From NCBI GenBank assembly GCA_012026655.1, contig JAAILG010001621.1, positions 1 to 64,000 on the forward strand: a DNA stretch of 64,000 nt. Direction: 5' to 3'. Below, in pieces: positions 12,714 through 26,116 of this stretch. The notes beneath the pieces are model-generated. The model saw nothing but the letters and a program-made list of their open reading frames with translations. It made no database searches and was not told the origin of the DNA. The DNA comes from Hydrolagus affinis (lineage: Eukaryota). Positions within the stretch are counted from its first letter, which is position 1. Each line of letters starts with the position of its first letter. Both the position numbers and the translations under genes were made by a program.

Positions 12714-13544
12714 ATAATATGCCAAAGTGACACAGGTGAAACATCCATTTGTTCACAGTTCTTCTTTCTTGTGCTTCCTCTTTTGTGTAATCAATATAAA
12801 TAGATGTCCAAATAAAGGTAAATACAGGGGCCTCCACAAATTCTACGATGTTTATTCACCACATTGTAAGGGATTAGAAAGCAGGTAGTTCCCAGGAGAT
12901 GCAGCCAAACTCTGCCAAAGAACAAGAATCTGTTTTACCCGTAACAGAATTCCTAAAACAGCCGTGTCATTTATTATGTTCCGTCAGAGTCTGTATATTG
13001 TTCACAGTACTTGCCTCAGTCCTCACAATCAAAGAAAACTAAAAACAAACTCTAAACCTTCAGGCACAATGTCTAAATCCTATCCCTCTACCGAAACCAG
13101 AAATAATTCTAACAGACTGCAAATTATTCCGTTCGTAAACACATACTAAAAACCCACAAAAAACAATTTTTGTTTTAAAAAAGAAAGCAAAAAATGATCT
13201 GCATTTGCACCAGGCAAACACTTGAGAGGTAACCTTGTCTGGGAGTGAAAGTTGCCTGTACGGAATACATGAGTCCCACTGGAAACACTGCCTACAGACT
13301 ACTGAGGGCTTCTGCAGCCAGAATGGCCTCTGAATTACTGAACTGTTCACTCAGGGAATCCTGGTAATGAAAGAAAAACGGAAGAGCTTGTGAGCAGAAG
13401 CCTGGGGTGTGGTAATTTAAGAAGTCAGGGTTATGGGCAATGAATAAAGTCTTTCAGTCCAGTCCAGTGCAGGCGAAAGGACATGGGCCTGTGGAATTCA
13501 AGGTCTACCCATTGGAGCCAGCAGGAAGACAGATAAGACACATC

Positions 13545-13607
13545 TCTCCTTTGGGACGTCCTCCCGATGTAAAAGGCGCTATACAAATGTGATTTTGTTG
13601 TTGTTGT
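13545..13607 (+). mobile_element. L2-type LINE extreme 3' end
   Basis: TTGGGACGTCCTCCCGATGTAAAAGGCGCTATACAAATGTGATTTTGTTGTTGTTG. Confidence 0.8.
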
Positions 13608-14455
13608 GAAAAGGACATTGACCGGACGTCTATATGTTACTACCTTTGAACTTAAGAACTAAAGACACTGATACAAATCTCTGCTTGAACATGGTAACAT
13701 CCCATGTCTGAGCCCTTTACATTCAATATCTTTTTTAAATCAATATTTCAAAAGGGAATTCATTCCTTACTGAACTTGACAAAGATGTGACCATGAAACA
13801 TGGGAGGAAAGCGCAAGCGCCCATATAGATTTTCTTTTCTTTGTTTCATTTACCCTGTAAAATTCAAACATTTTCTATCACCACAAACGTCAGAGATTGT
13901 AAATTCTGGTGACTTTTCAGATGTATAAAATAACAACTTTGTTTCAATCAGATTTTCTCCGTCTTCCCCCACCACACCCCAAAATCTCTGCTTTTTGCAG
14001 CAAGTCGTGTACATTTTATTTCTCAAACTTTGAGAAAGAGAGCTTTAAACTTTGCTAGCAAAATCCCACACTGCCTCTGTATAACTAATGTCAATGGAGT
14101 TACTGTACACAGCACACCTACCTACCATCAACTTCTATTAATTGCCTTTAGAAACTCAAGAACCTATTTATAGACCAATTCAAGTTAAAACAAGCTCCCT
14201 TAAATTCTCTGTCTATTAATAGTCAGATTTCTCATGCAGAGAAAAAAAAGTAATGCACACCTCAAATTTATAAATAATGTGAGAGAGAAGACTTTGTCAA
14301 TTTTAGAAAAAGCATTTTCAGTGGCTAGAAACCCTGTACAGTGAAACCATTACTAACAGCCAGTGAGCACTAGAAAAATACGCAACAGAAATAAAGGAGT
14401 AATCTTAGCTCAGCAAGTAGGAGCAGCGCAAAGTATATTGTGACTTTTCCTGCTA

Positions 14456-14612
14456 TTCATAGAATCTTATAGCACAGAAGGAGGCCATTTGGACCATCAT
14501 GTCTGTGCTAGCTCTTTGAAAGATTTATCCAATTAGTCCCACTCACTCTTCTACTACCCCATAGCCTTGCAATTGTTTTCCTTTTCAAGTTCCTATCCAT
14601 TCCTTATTCCAA
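14456..14612 (-). mobile_element. CR1-type LINE 3' end
   Basis: CATAGAATCTTATAGCACAGAAGGAGGCCATTTGGACCATC...CCCCATAGCCTTGCAA is the reverse complement of the CR1 3' end at 60340-60630. Confidence 0.85.
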
Positions 14613-14824
14613 CCATTTTATCACTCCTTTTTAGTAGTTGAATGAACACACTGAAATAATATCTATCAGAAGTTTAAAATTAATTAATCCACCTTGTTGA
14701 TAGTTGCTTCCATGACAAATCTGATTTGTTTACTTGCCCTATTATTATTCTGACCAAATACCTCGCTCCTCTCCTGAGGACATTCCCTTTGTGGAGTTGC
14801 GTTACACGGGAAGTTGTTGGGTTA

Positions 14825-14890
14825 TTTTCGGTCGAGTTGCCATTCTTCATGTGTGAACAGGTCAGTGACTAGTTGGCAGGTTTGACATTA
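14825..14890 (-). mobile_element. LF-SINE-like 3' fragment
   Basis: GCCATTCTTCATGTGTGAAC...CAGTGACTAGTTGGCAGG. Confidence 0.55.
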
Positions 14891-16159
14891 TACTTGATCT
14901 GCCACTGCAAGATCTCCTTCCTCTTTATTAATCCTGAATGAGTTAGACCAGGCAGCACATGAGGTATCCTGTGGTCCGTTAACATGCGGCGCATGCCAAT
15001 AAGATAGTGTCTCTCACACAAAAAATTCCTAACCTTGATCCTGCCACTGTGGAATGTACCAAGTCTACAGTAGAAACAAGCATTTTAAAACAGCCAGTAT
15101 AAGGGAAGGTCAGCCTGGTACTTCTCCCCACACCAAACATAATTCTGCAGAAAAGCTCTGGTTGCTTTTTTTAAATCTACTCTGCTGTTGTTTTATCAAG
15201 GAAGGAGCAGGCACCAGGTAACGTGCTTATCCTTATTGGGTGTGCTGCGGAGCACTGCTTCAGAATGGTGTTGACATGGAAATTTCAGCCAGGCCATGCT
15301 AAACTCGATTACTTTTCCCATAAAAAGAGAAGGGAGAGCAAAACACTCCAAGATGTCTTCACACAGCTCTCCATGACTGGCTGAAGCCCAACCCTCTCAA
15401 GTGCACATGTGTAATATTCAGTGATCATAAGGAATATTCTGTGTGGAAATACAAGACTTAAGCACGAAGAAACATAACCCATAGGGGTCCTGTAGGGTTT
15501 TTCAATTGAGTTCAATAATAATAAAATCTTCAGGTCTTGCCTGAAGACCACTTTGACTGTGCCTACAATCATCTCGCAATTCAACCTGATTTAGCGATGT
15601 ACTCCGCCGCTGTCAATCTCTTTGGAGATAATCTACGTGAACAGCGCTACACAAGTCATTATTGTTGTTATGCTCTGATAAACCATACAATGGTGGAACT
15701 TATATATTCAGGTTCCAAAAGCAATTTGACTATTTCTCCCTGAGCTATTCCCTTGCTTCAATGTGCACCCATGTGCCATCCCCATCATTGGCTGTAATTG
15801 GACTTGCATCTAAATGAGACCACAAAAAAAAAAGTTTAAATTCTGTTAGCTATTATTCTCATGTTTGGCAAACCCAAATGAAAGATACCGCTTTTAAACA
15901 TCCAGTGTTGGCAGTCACAATCTATCATTGTAATGAAAAGTTTTGAAACGCCACCAACCGCTGTTGGTGAATTTTCGGGTTCACTGCAAACACACTTCAG
16001 TAATGGCACATGCAAAACCGTAAACTTTCTAGAGAAAAATTTTGTGAACCCGGAATACAATCTAATGTAGCTCAGAACTTCATCTAAAGTCAGGGTTTGG
16101 TGATGTGATCATCAGCCCTCCCCTACTTAGCTTGTAACACATGTTTGTATTACACAATC

Positions 16160-17450
16160 AATTCTACCACAACCACTTTCTCAGCACCAGTATTTAAAAT
16201 GCTATCTATCAATCCAATTGAATGAGAAATTCAAAACCACAAACAGCGTCTCCAAACACTTGAATGCAATTTCGTGGGAACAGTTTACAAAATAATTTGT
16301 AGCGTTGCTCAGGAAGCGTGAAGAGTGGAGAGGCATTTTTGGTGAGTGACCTCCGTGTTTATAGAATTAAACATTTTTCCTGAACATTTGTGTCTCCCTG
16401 AAGATGGGAGACGTTTTTCCACAAGAGCAACAGAACATCATAAGGACAGGAACATATTATTGCCGAGTGCCTTGTGACTCATGCTGGCAAAAGACGTGCC
16501 ATTGTGCTTGAATCAACTCTGTCCATAGTCGGCGAAACACAGCTAAAAACTGCAAAATTACACATTATAATTAAAGCCACTGCCTTGAATAAACAGCACT
16601 CGTTAATTACATGTGCCAAATGACAACAATGACAGCTTTTTGTGCATACAGTTTGAAATATAGGGTATTTTCCTTTCGGCACTGGTCCGACAGGAAGCAT
16701 AAAGTGGTGCAGTACAAATAGTTTTCAATGTACTTACTGTATGTCAGAAAGCAAAAGGTTTTAGTAAATCAAAAATAGCTTGAGCAACATTCACTGTTAA
16801 TTTCTGCTGGAGCTTGTCAAGTAGGATTTTTGTACTACACAAGTGGTTTGAGAATGCCAGACCAAGAGCTCCGAGATGCTAACCTCCATGAGGGGCGCTA
16901 TATGATTGCAAATTGTTTTAGTTGTTGTTACCTTCACTTGCTATATTCTATCCCCGTTTCGCCCACAAATATGCAGTCAATTCACTTAACAGTATATTCT
17001 GTGAAGTGATTTGAGACGTCTAGAAGACGTTAAAAACGCTACATCAAATGCAAAGATTATTATTATGATTATTAACATTGATAGAACACCCGAACCGTAC
17101 AACCCAACATTATGACTGAATCCTTTGCACTCCCTGAGAAGCTTCTAATTGTGCAGCACAAGAAAAAAAATACTTCACATCTGCAAAATGAATTTGTTGC
17201 CCATTTCATAATGCTATATTTACATAAATCAATCGTGCAAGGACCACAACTACTTTCCTCTGCCACAGTATCTAACCTACCATATATCAATTCAACTGGG
17301 TGAGAAATTTGAAAGCAAAAGGGCATCACAAAACACTTGGGATGCCATTTTGTGTAAACAGTTTACAACATAACGTGTGTTGATGCTCAGGAAGTGTGAA
17401 GCATGAAGAGACAATTTTCATGTAGTGACTCACTGTGTGTTTATGAATGG
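16160..17450 (+). repeat. Diverged ~210-bp direct repeat pair (~16165-16368 and ~17244-17450)
   Basis: Shared blocks ACCACAAC.ACTTTC, TGAGAAATT, AAACACTTG, AACAGTTTACAA, TGCTCAGGAAG.GTGAAG, AGTGAC, GTGTTTAT. Confidence 0.8.
16950..17075 (+). mobile_element. 3' half of the abundant SINE
   Basis: CGTTTCGCCCACAAATATGCAGTCAATTCACTT...ATCAAATGCAAAGATTATTATT. Confidence 0.85.
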
Positions 17451-17717
17451 AAGATTTGACAATTCTTTTTCACGAAGACATTTCAAACAGTGGTTTTGTT
17501 TAAAACGCTAAATCACTGCATTGGCCACAGAATGTAATAGCTCCTAAACTAAATCAATTGACTATTGGCTGACAAAATCTTAGAAACACAACTTAATAAG
17601 GCAATATAACATTTGCAAATTACCCAAGGTAGAGTATTGGTTGAATCCAATAAATGGTCACAGTGCAATGATTAATTGAAAGTCAACTGAATATATGGTC
17701 TGGTTCCCTTATGAAGT

Positions 17718-17850
17718 AATAATAATAATTCTTGCATTTGATATAGCATCTTATCACATCTTTGGAACTTCGTAAAGCACTTCACAGAATATCTTGCAGA
17801 GTGAATTGACCTTACATTTTATGGGCAAAACACAGCAGTGTATTGTGCCA
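17718..17850 (-). mobile_element. 3' half of the abundant SINE
   Basis: AATAATAATTCTTGCATTTGATATAGC...CTTCACAGAATAT...GTGAATTGAC. Confidence 0.8.
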
Positions 17851-18494
17851 TTATCCTATCCAACTCTTATCCAATCTTGTAGCAATTCACTCAGACATTC
17901 CAGGTATGGGTTCCTCCTGAGGAATTATTTTTGCCAATTCATTACAAGAGCATCTCGGAAAAGCTCTGCATCTTTAAAGCTTTCCCTCTCCAGGTTTAAT
18001 ATTACTCACAAATGTTGTAAAAATACTGAATAAATTCTTTGTAGTTTAAGTTCCAGTAAACAAAATCTAAATTGTGTTGGTGCACATTTTTTATTGCTTC
18101 ATTGTTACAGAACAATCTTAAATGGTCAATAGTTTGCCCAATTATGTTGGTTGGTCATGTAGTCTAATTTATGTACGGTCTTCAGATTTCAAGAGTTGTC
18201 TCAGAAGATATTTTATATTGCTATAACATGCAAAATGGGGTTGAGAATCTGAACACATAAAACTTTGTCATACCAAGACGGCAGGAAAGGAGAGCCCGGG
18301 TTCATGGTTGGAAAGTGATAGTTTAGGGCGGATACCAGGCAATTACCTGGAGTTGGTTAACAGCTAGAACAGATAAAACAGAAAACAAGCATCAGAAGGC
18401 AACTGGGATCAAGATCCTGGTGACCGATGAGCAAGGCTATAAACTTGGCCCTGGATGATAACCAGGACTGAACCAATGCAGAAGCAATGAAAAC

Positions 18495-18785
18495 TAATAA
18501 TAATAATATTATTGCATTTGATATAGCGCTTTTCATGTCTTCTAGATGTCTCGAAGCGCTTCACAGAATATACTGTAAAGTGAATTGACTGTGTATTAGT
18601 GGGTGAAACGCAGCAGCCAATTGTCCCGCAAACAGTCGTGGATTGAAATGACCAATTTTTTTTTGAGGGATTATTATCAGGCGTGTGGAGTAAGGAAACT
18701 TGCCCAAGGTTTCGCCCTGCCTGGAATTGAACCCAGGTCTCTCACTTGTAACGCAAGTGCTCTAACCACTGAGCTATAGGACTCC
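18495..18785 (-). mobile_element. Full-length tRNA-derived SINE (short variant)
   Basis: Sense GGAGTCCTATAGCTCAGTGGTTAGAGC (A box)...GGTTCAATTCC (B box)...CCTTGGGCAAGTTTCCTTAC...TATCAAATGCAA(TAA/TTA)n. Confidence 0.92.
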
Positions 18786-19377
18786 AAAACAAACCTGTGG
18801 CTGACTGACCCTATAGAGGATGTGTTGACAAAAGTTACAAATCTCCACCACACACTGGAGGGAACAGCTCCCGTTTGTCTCCCATGGGTTACATTGTGTC
18901 TTCAATCATTAATGTGACTGCCTTACTAACACTCTACTGCCTGCACATTTGGTGAAACCTTCTTCTGATATACAATGGAGGAAACACAGTGACCAAACAA
19001 CGCGCTGTGTTGGTCTCCAGCGATAATCTCCTCAGATGAACAATGAGAATGACTTTGAACAGTTCCTGATGTTTCCCCCATACAATATATAAATGTGTGC
19101 CTGCAGTGATTGAACGCACTGTGCTGGTGCTTTACTTTGAACTGTTAAATTCAATTTGCCTAATGCCAGCCACAGATTACTGGAAACAGAAAAGGGAGGT
19201 ATGCAAATATTTGCAAGGAATTAATGCCCATTGTGATAACATTTCCATTTTAAGTCCATTTTTCTCATTCAGAAGTACAGATCAACGTAATATGGCTTTT
19301 ATAGATACTGAATACATACTGTACTTTGATGTTTCTACATTTTATTTTTCCACACAAGATGCAGCAGTGTATTGTTG

Positions 19378-19667
19378 ATAATGATAATAATCCTTGCATT
19401 TGATATAGCGCTTTTCAAGTCTTCTAGACTTCTCGAAGTGCTTCACGGAATATACTGTAAAGGGAATTGACTGTACATATGTGGCCAATTGCACATAGCA
19501 GTGTCCCACAAACAGTCATGGGTTGAAATGACCAATTTACGATAGGTTATTTCTTTGAGGGATTATAATCAGGTGTGTGGAGTAAGAAAACTTCCCAAAG
19601 TTTCGCCCTGCCTGGAATTGTACCGAGGCCTCTCGCTTTTATGGCGAGTGTTCTAACCACTGAACTA
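19378..19667 (-). mobile_element. Near full-length tRNA-derived SINE
   Basis: Colinear with 18495-18785. Confidence 0.9.
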
Positions 19668-20864
19668 GATTTGTGCAATAACTGGATGCAAACTCTTAAG
19701 TCGAACTGTGGTTTTCGTTAGCTCATAGCAAACTTAAACAAGCCACAGTCGATTGCGTCCAGGAGGTAATTTCACACTGATTTATCTTTTCATAGCCGCA
19801 GTAAAACTTTAGTCTAACTTCAACTGATGGAAAGCAAACATTTAAGCATTTTAAAAAAAAGTTTCAGTTCAGAGAACATTTTGATGCAGTGTGGTGGACT
19901 GTTAAGATTTTCGGTCTTTTTAGAAAATAGAACTGGCGGAACTACTAGCTGTTTAATAATGTCAAAAATGAACTGGCATTTGGCGTTGGTTTAACAGAAC
20001 TCAGTGTCGGTGCATTTTCAATGAGCGCCGGGAGATGTAGAATCAGATGTATAGCTGGAGCTGCCAGATTGCATCACTCTGTGACAGGCGCCATGGTTGA
20101 TTAGCATGTATAATGTAAACTGAACCGTAAAATTTGGTACTTCTTTCTATCTCAATTGGGTTTCTATTCAGTTCAAGGGATCAATCAATTGCCTTTCCTT
20201 GGCATCCAAACTCAGTTTTAAAGGGCTAAACCTAAATAATCTTATTTAGAATTGCCATTGCATTTTCTTTTCAATAACAAAAGTTTTACGCAGTGAAGTC
20301 AGAGCTAAGACAAACTAGTGCCTAGAGGATAATGGCAACATCTTCAATCCAAATTCTCAAAGTGAAGAGACTCATGACAGCAATCAGTAAAAAAAAAAGC
20401 AGAGTCCAATTACTGGTTTAAAAAAAACATCTAGAGTTGACAGCATTTTGTTCTCATGGCACATTCTTAGTGAATCGCATGTAGACACTTTTGTAAATGA
20501 ATCCATGTCGCTGCTTTTTGGCTAAATCAGGTTTTCTCATCATTCTACAACTTGGCAGTCAATTTCTGTTTTTGTGCTTTAATTAGACACCTCTATTTTC
20601 CAATGTTTCTCCTCTCTGGAGCTGCTGTGTTTCAATTTGCCACAGATGAAGTGTATACTTTGATAAATGATGAAACGCTGGACAGGTTTGCAAATCCTGA
20701 ACCTGCCTCATGGGTCCGGTCAGGAGGTTATTTTGCAGCAAAATAATGGACAAATGCTGAAATTTGGCAAAGCTGTTGCATAACTGACAAACAAATGCAA
20801 CAGGTAGGATGGAATAAAATACAAATAGAAAATTTGGGAAATAAACAGGAGTCACTTAAGCATC

Positions 20865-20898
20865 TGAAAGAGAAACAGCTGAAAGAGAAACAGCTGAT
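20865..20898 (+). repeat. 15-bp tandem duplication CTGAAAGAGAAACAG x2
   Basis: Directly visible. Confidence 0.9.
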
Positions 20899-21879
20899 TA
20901 ACTTTGTACCCAAATCCTTTCTTTGACACAAAACAAGTTCAGACAAAGGTTCACAATCAAAACTGCAACCTGTTTTTCCTTTCAGGCAAGTGATGATCAA
21001 CCAGCCTGCAGTGCATTTTCTTACCTTGCTAAAAAGTACAATAGCTTTGGCTGGACTTAAAACGTAAATAGACTTTTCCCAAACAGGAACACATCATTCC
21101 TTATTGGATCCTGGCTTGAGTTATACATAAATTAATTGCAGCTAAAGTCCAAAGTCAGTTTCAGGTTCAAAGTAATTCATAGCAGGATTATTTTAAGAGC
21201 CTGCCTGGCTTCCTGGAAATCTGTTCAGCTGCTGTTAGTTCATTAAGACTCTCAGACTGTGGACTCTCCAGACAACAAATTATTCTATGCCTCTTCAAAC
21301 AGATCAAATAAACATTCCTGCAGGTTGAGAGATGCTTGTGACATTTACCATATCTTGACAAACCCAATGGACATCAGAACTGGCTTCATATCAATCTAAC
21401 CTATGCATTTAATCAACCAGCAACCTTTAAAATATCCCCCGTCCAAACAAAAAATCATGCTGTCTCCACTCAAAACTGCCTCTCCAAACATACTCTGTTG
21501 CATTGATGGCATCACAACTGCCCTTCTAGTTCTTTCTCTGATCTGATTTATTTCGCTGCTGATCTGCAGAACACACCCATCTTTGATGCCTTAACAGGTG
21601 ATTCTTGATGCTTGACTTATACACTTTGTCTGTGAATACTTTAGAGAATCTTGTGGCAATTATTCTCTTTTCCTCTATCCCAATTTCCCCTCGCCCAGTC
21701 TCATCTGCTTTCCAAAAGGTACCAGTGCATTCCAGGTATAAGCTCAGGCACCCAGCATTTCTAAGTATAATAAATACGCATAATAAGTACAACACAATAA
21801 CTTAGATTTATGTAGCATATTTCACGTAGGGCTGTGTCTGGGAGCTCTGAGCAATGGCGGAGTTTGCAGTGTTTCAGCA

Positions 21880-22100
21880 CATGGATATTCTTCTTGTGTG
21901 ACCACAGAGAGCCAATACCATCAATTTAGGATGTGGTTATCGCAGCCAAGCTCAATCCTTTCCTCTTATCAAAAACTCAGCAATTTTTTATGGTTACTGA
22001 TGTGAATCAGAGCAGATACCCAATCTGAATGTTTTGCCTCCCTCACCCAAGGATGTAAGACAAAATATAGCATTGGACATACCAATTGGCTAAGATCCAT
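21880..22100 (-). mobile_element. Decayed LF-SINE-like copy
   Basis: ATTCTTCTTGTGTGA, ATCGCAGCCAAGCTCAATCCTTTCCTC, CCTCCCTCACCCAAGG, GGCTAAGATC. Confidence 0.55.
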
Positions 22101-22129
22101 AGATTTGGCAGTGCCACCGATTTACAACA

Positions 22130-22197
22130 TATTCTGCGAAGCACTAGATGTCTTGACGATGTGATAAAGTGTTGCATCAAATGCAAGGATTATTATC
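22130..22197 (+). mobile_element. SINE 3' tail, lying tail-to-tail with the L2 copy
   Basis: ATTCTGCGAAGCAC...ATCAAATGCAAGGATTATTAT. Confidence 0.75.
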
Positions 22198-22203
22198 CTA
22201 GTG

Positions 22204-22515
22204 ACAACAACAACAAACTTACATTTATAGAAAGCGTTTTACATCGGGAGGATGTTCCAAGGCGCTGAGCTGTCAGGAATCGGGATAGGGAGAGAGGTGG
22301 GAGGGCGGCAGAAGGCACGATCGAAAAGGAGGATCTTGAGACTGGCCTTGAAGGAAGCAAGGGAGGAAGTGAGGCAAAAGGACTGCGGGATGGAGTTCCA
22401 GAGTGTGGGGGAAGAGAGGCTGAAATCCCGGCCACCGATGGTAGAGTGGGTCGGGTGGGAGACATGGAGCAGACCGGAGCCCACTGAACGGAGGGGGTAG
22501 ACAGGTTTGTAGGGG
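22204..22515 (-). mobile_element. L2-clade LINE 3' end
   Basis: Minus peptide LRSVGSGLLHVSHPTHSTIGGRDFSLSSPTLWNSIPQSFCLTSSLASFKASLKILLFDRAF and a (CAA)n tail. Confidence 0.9.
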
Positions 22516-22926
22516 CAGTTTGGTAGTAACACACTAAGTGTGACCACATTACATTTATTCTAACTCCGTAATGTGTTAAAATGCATATTTTAAATGCTTT
22601 ACAGAGATCTGATGCTGATGTATTGAAATTATAAAAATGCCTGAAATATAGTAATTCGTTGGTGAAACACTCACAAATGAACAAGTCATCATTCCAAGGA
22701 AGCAGCCATTGCTTCTGCAAAAAAGCTTCTCAAATTAAAGTGCAATTATCATACCCTGAGCAATTTAGATCTTATTTTATAAAATTAAAATTTGAAAACC
22801 ACTGTATACAATTCAACTTGCTTTGCCGTGTTTAAGCATTTGGTGTATTTTTTTACAAGAGCAAGTGAACAGAACTTAAATGATTGCAGTTTAAACCTGT
22901 TAAGACAAATATTATGGTGTTTTCAG

Positions 22927-22955
22927 GGGAGGGAGGGAGGGAGGGAGGGAGGGAG
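22927..22955 (+). repeat. (GGGA)n microsatellite
   Basis: About 7 units, directly visible. Confidence 0.95.
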
Positions 22956-23751
22956 AAATGTAGCCTTCTTGAGTTTTTTTTAACGATTTTTTTCTAAGAT
23001 TAAATGTGACCGAAACCTTATTCAGTAGAATTTGACATTATTGACAAGAAATACTGCATGAGCAATGGTTACCAAATCTCCCTTGCTTCCCCAAATGCAA
23101 CTAATTGACAGGAAAAGTTTATTGGACACCATTCAGACAGCAGAAGGAAGCATATGCAGGGATAGGAACATCAACAGAGAATTTGATTTTCAGGGAAAAA
23201 AATTAGATACAGTTTAGAGTAAAACATATTTGTGCTATTTTAAAATTTGCTTTCCACCAGCACTAATTTGGCAACGTACAAATCAAGTTAAAGCTAACCA
23301 TATGTTCAGGAGTACAGATACAAGCTGATATCTAATTAAGCAAACAGAAATAATTCAAAGCATTCAAATTACATAATCATTAAGTTTTAATTATGACAAT
23401 TATTGTATTCTAAAGTTAGCATGGCCCCATCCCTGACCAACACATTTCTACATTTCTACGGAAAACATGATAAAAATGTCAGACCAAGACATTAAGATTC
23501 CAACCTCTTCTCCACTTCCACTCCTTATATTCAATATGGGACAATATGAAAACCTGTCTGACCAAAAATTGGTAAACCTTTCTTCGGACGATGTTTTGTT
23601 TTCTCTCACATACTTCAAAGGGGTAAAGCTTTGGTTCACAAAAGTACGTGACCTGCATAACAGAAAGAAGAATTGTGGACAAGCAAAAGCTGTGTGATTG
23701 TTCAAACCATCGTGTAAACTGTTCTTTACAGGTACATTCAATCCAGGGCAA

Positions 23752-23990
23752 TGATGACAACTTGCATTTCCGGGACAGGTGACTGTAAACCCAGTCGAAG
23801 AGAAAGATCTTCAGGTGTGAATCTGAAAAGGGAGAAAGAGGGAGCGAGGTGGAGAGATTGAGGGAGACAATTCCAAAGCATTGGAGCATATCAGTTGCTG
23901 GCAAGTCCTTTGACGGTGGAGCGGAGGGGACGAGGGACAAGCGGTGAGCCAGCCAATCAGAGGCGGTGGGTGGTGGAGTGGGAAGTAAGC
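23752..23990 (-). mobile_element. Older L2 3' fragment
   Basis: GTCGAAGAGAAAGATCTTCAGGTG...TTCCAAAGCATTGGAGC, encoding ..SHLKIFLFDW.. on the minus strand. Confidence 0.7.
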
Positions 23991-24204
23991 AGGTTAAGGT
24001 TCGATTTTAATGATAAAATGCCTCTAACAATATGAGTTAGAAACGATTTATCATCTGGTCCATTTACCTGAGTTCAATGTTGACCTTTGGCAAACTTGAG
24101 CATTGAGAACTCATGTGACCCTATGGAGTGGAGAGGATACTGAAAAGAGGAGCCATGGCATAACTGGAATTCTGGAGCAGAGAACTGCAATCTTTGCTTT
24201 TGAA

Positions 24205-24275
24205 CAAAAACAAAATAACAACAAAATTACATTCATAGAGCGCCTATCACGTCGGGAGGACATCCCAACAGTGCG
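24205..24275 (-). mobile_element. L2 extreme 3' end
   Basis: AACAACAAAATTACATTCATAGAGCGCCTATCACGTCGGGAGGACATCCCAA. Confidence 0.8.
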
Positions 24276-25977
24276 CATGAGCACAGAATATAGCAGAGTC
24301 ACTGCTATTTAAGTTTAGAAATTAAAGAAATAATGTGCAGGTGCTTCTATTCAGGTTCAAAAGAACACTGTATTATACAGGATGCGCTTCAGAATCCTTT
24401 TATCTGCAGAGCAACAATTGTGCCTGTGTCTGAGAGTATTAATAATAACGAACCATCTGGTTTCCTTACTTTAAAACCAAGACTAAATAGTTGAATATAT
24501 ATGTGTGATTTATGCTTCTCTTATGGAATTGCATGTGGCAAACAGATGGGGGCATTATACACCAAACCAACTAAAAAATGAAGTGTGTTTTTCTTATGTC
24601 ACAACTGTGTATTTTCCAACTTTTGCTCACAGTTACAGAATTTGAAGTGAAAAAAGGCTGTCTTCAAACAGATTACAAATGTGATGAGAGATAAATATAT
24701 ATTTTTAAATCCCCTGCGTACATTAATTATGGTTTCTCTTCCTTTTACTCCCCTAAGATTACCATAATTCTGGATAAATGTAATATTTAGAACCTAAGAA
24801 TCGTTTGGGGCAGAACAAAAAACTTACATCCGAAGCCACCCCTGATTAGATTATCAGCCTCACTCTCCTGACTTCTCGTTGTACTTCTGAAGCCCTTTAT
24901 CTCTTCAGAGAAGCACACACTTCCTCCTTCTTGAACTCATTTATTGGTCTTCCATGCCTTCCATGAGTCCATTAATTTCCTCACACGGAAGACAGTAAAT
25001 GGACTTTTCCCAAACAGGAATACCTCACTCCCTGTAGTACAATAGCTAATCCAATTATTCCCAAAACGTTTGCAGGTTGTTTGAAACTTTGCTGAAGTCA
25101 ACCTCCTGTTGCGGTGTGTTGGAAGTTTGCCTTTAAAATCCATTATCTAGAAAAGATATTCAAATGGCATTCATATCACTGCAAGTGATGCTCACAGGGT
25201 ATGATGAGGACCAGAATGTCAGATGCACAAAGGAGACCATAACTGGTGTAATAGACGAGCGAATTGGCAACAAATTGCAGAAGTCACTGTGCACCATTCA
25301 AATCAGTTCAAAAGCATCAGTGGATCACTCAAACCCACCTCTGAACACTTTAGTTTATTCACAGCTAATAATTTCTAAACATTATCAGTAAGATAGGGAA
25401 AATGCATATCCCAGTCCCCAAAACATTAAACGTTTTTTGTGACCATTCTCCTGCATCTTTGTCTATGACTCAGATGCAGTCAATTTTTTCAACTAATTTG
25501 AGCGTCCAAAGGCCTGAAGATCGCTGGTTATATAGATGGTATCAAAAGAAACTAAGTGATCAAAAGTAAAGTGCAAAATCAATTCAGATTTGTCATGATA
25601 TTAAAAATGCAGGATTCAGAAAGGTAGGGTTTTCTTGTGCACCTTGTTGGAAAATGTATCTAGATCTTCTGTGTCAGAACATTTAATCCAGATGTCTATT
25701 TGGTTCTACAAGCAAAAGGTTGCAGAATACTCATGCAGGAAAAAAAAGGTATAATTTCCCGTCACTGGGAAAACCCCTCGATCTCAGTGAATATTTTCTA
25801 GAGAACTATTTGACTCCAAAGAGTTACAAAGGGTTAAGGTTCTTTCCAACTGTGATTGCTCTTGGCATCATTCTCTCAGAATGCAGGATCGGTTCGGAAA
25901 CTGAAATAGAACCAGATCAGCTAATTAAAAAAGTGCTTGCCAGTTCTTGCTGAAATGGTTGGAATTTTAACCCTCAC

Positions 25978-26116
25978 CGTTGCTGTCGGTGACTTCCTGA
26001 CATTCCAGCCATTCTTGTGTGTGTGCAGCACTGTGCAAAGCCACCAGGAGGCATTTGTTATCTACTTCATGAAGAGCCAAACAGGGGCATTCTTCACCGT
26101 TCACGTTGCTCTTCCC
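25978..26116 (-). CDS. Candidate internal exon, product unknown (GKSNVNGEECPCLALHEVDNKCLLVALHSAAHTQEWLECQEVTDSN)
   Basis: Acceptor GTACTCTCTATAG, donor ACG|GTGAGG, 139 nt, one open frame. No protein similarity recognised. Confidence 0.2.

Noticed and set aside
12218-12748. 176-aa ORF
   Set aside because: It is largely a translated SINE, and similar peptides recur at other SINE copies.
22193-22720. 175-aa Pro/Ser-rich ORF
   Set aside because: It is an alternative frame of the L2 3' end.
22927-22955. Potential G-quadruplex (GGGA)n
   Set aside because: It is an ordinary microsatellite with no contextual evidence of function.
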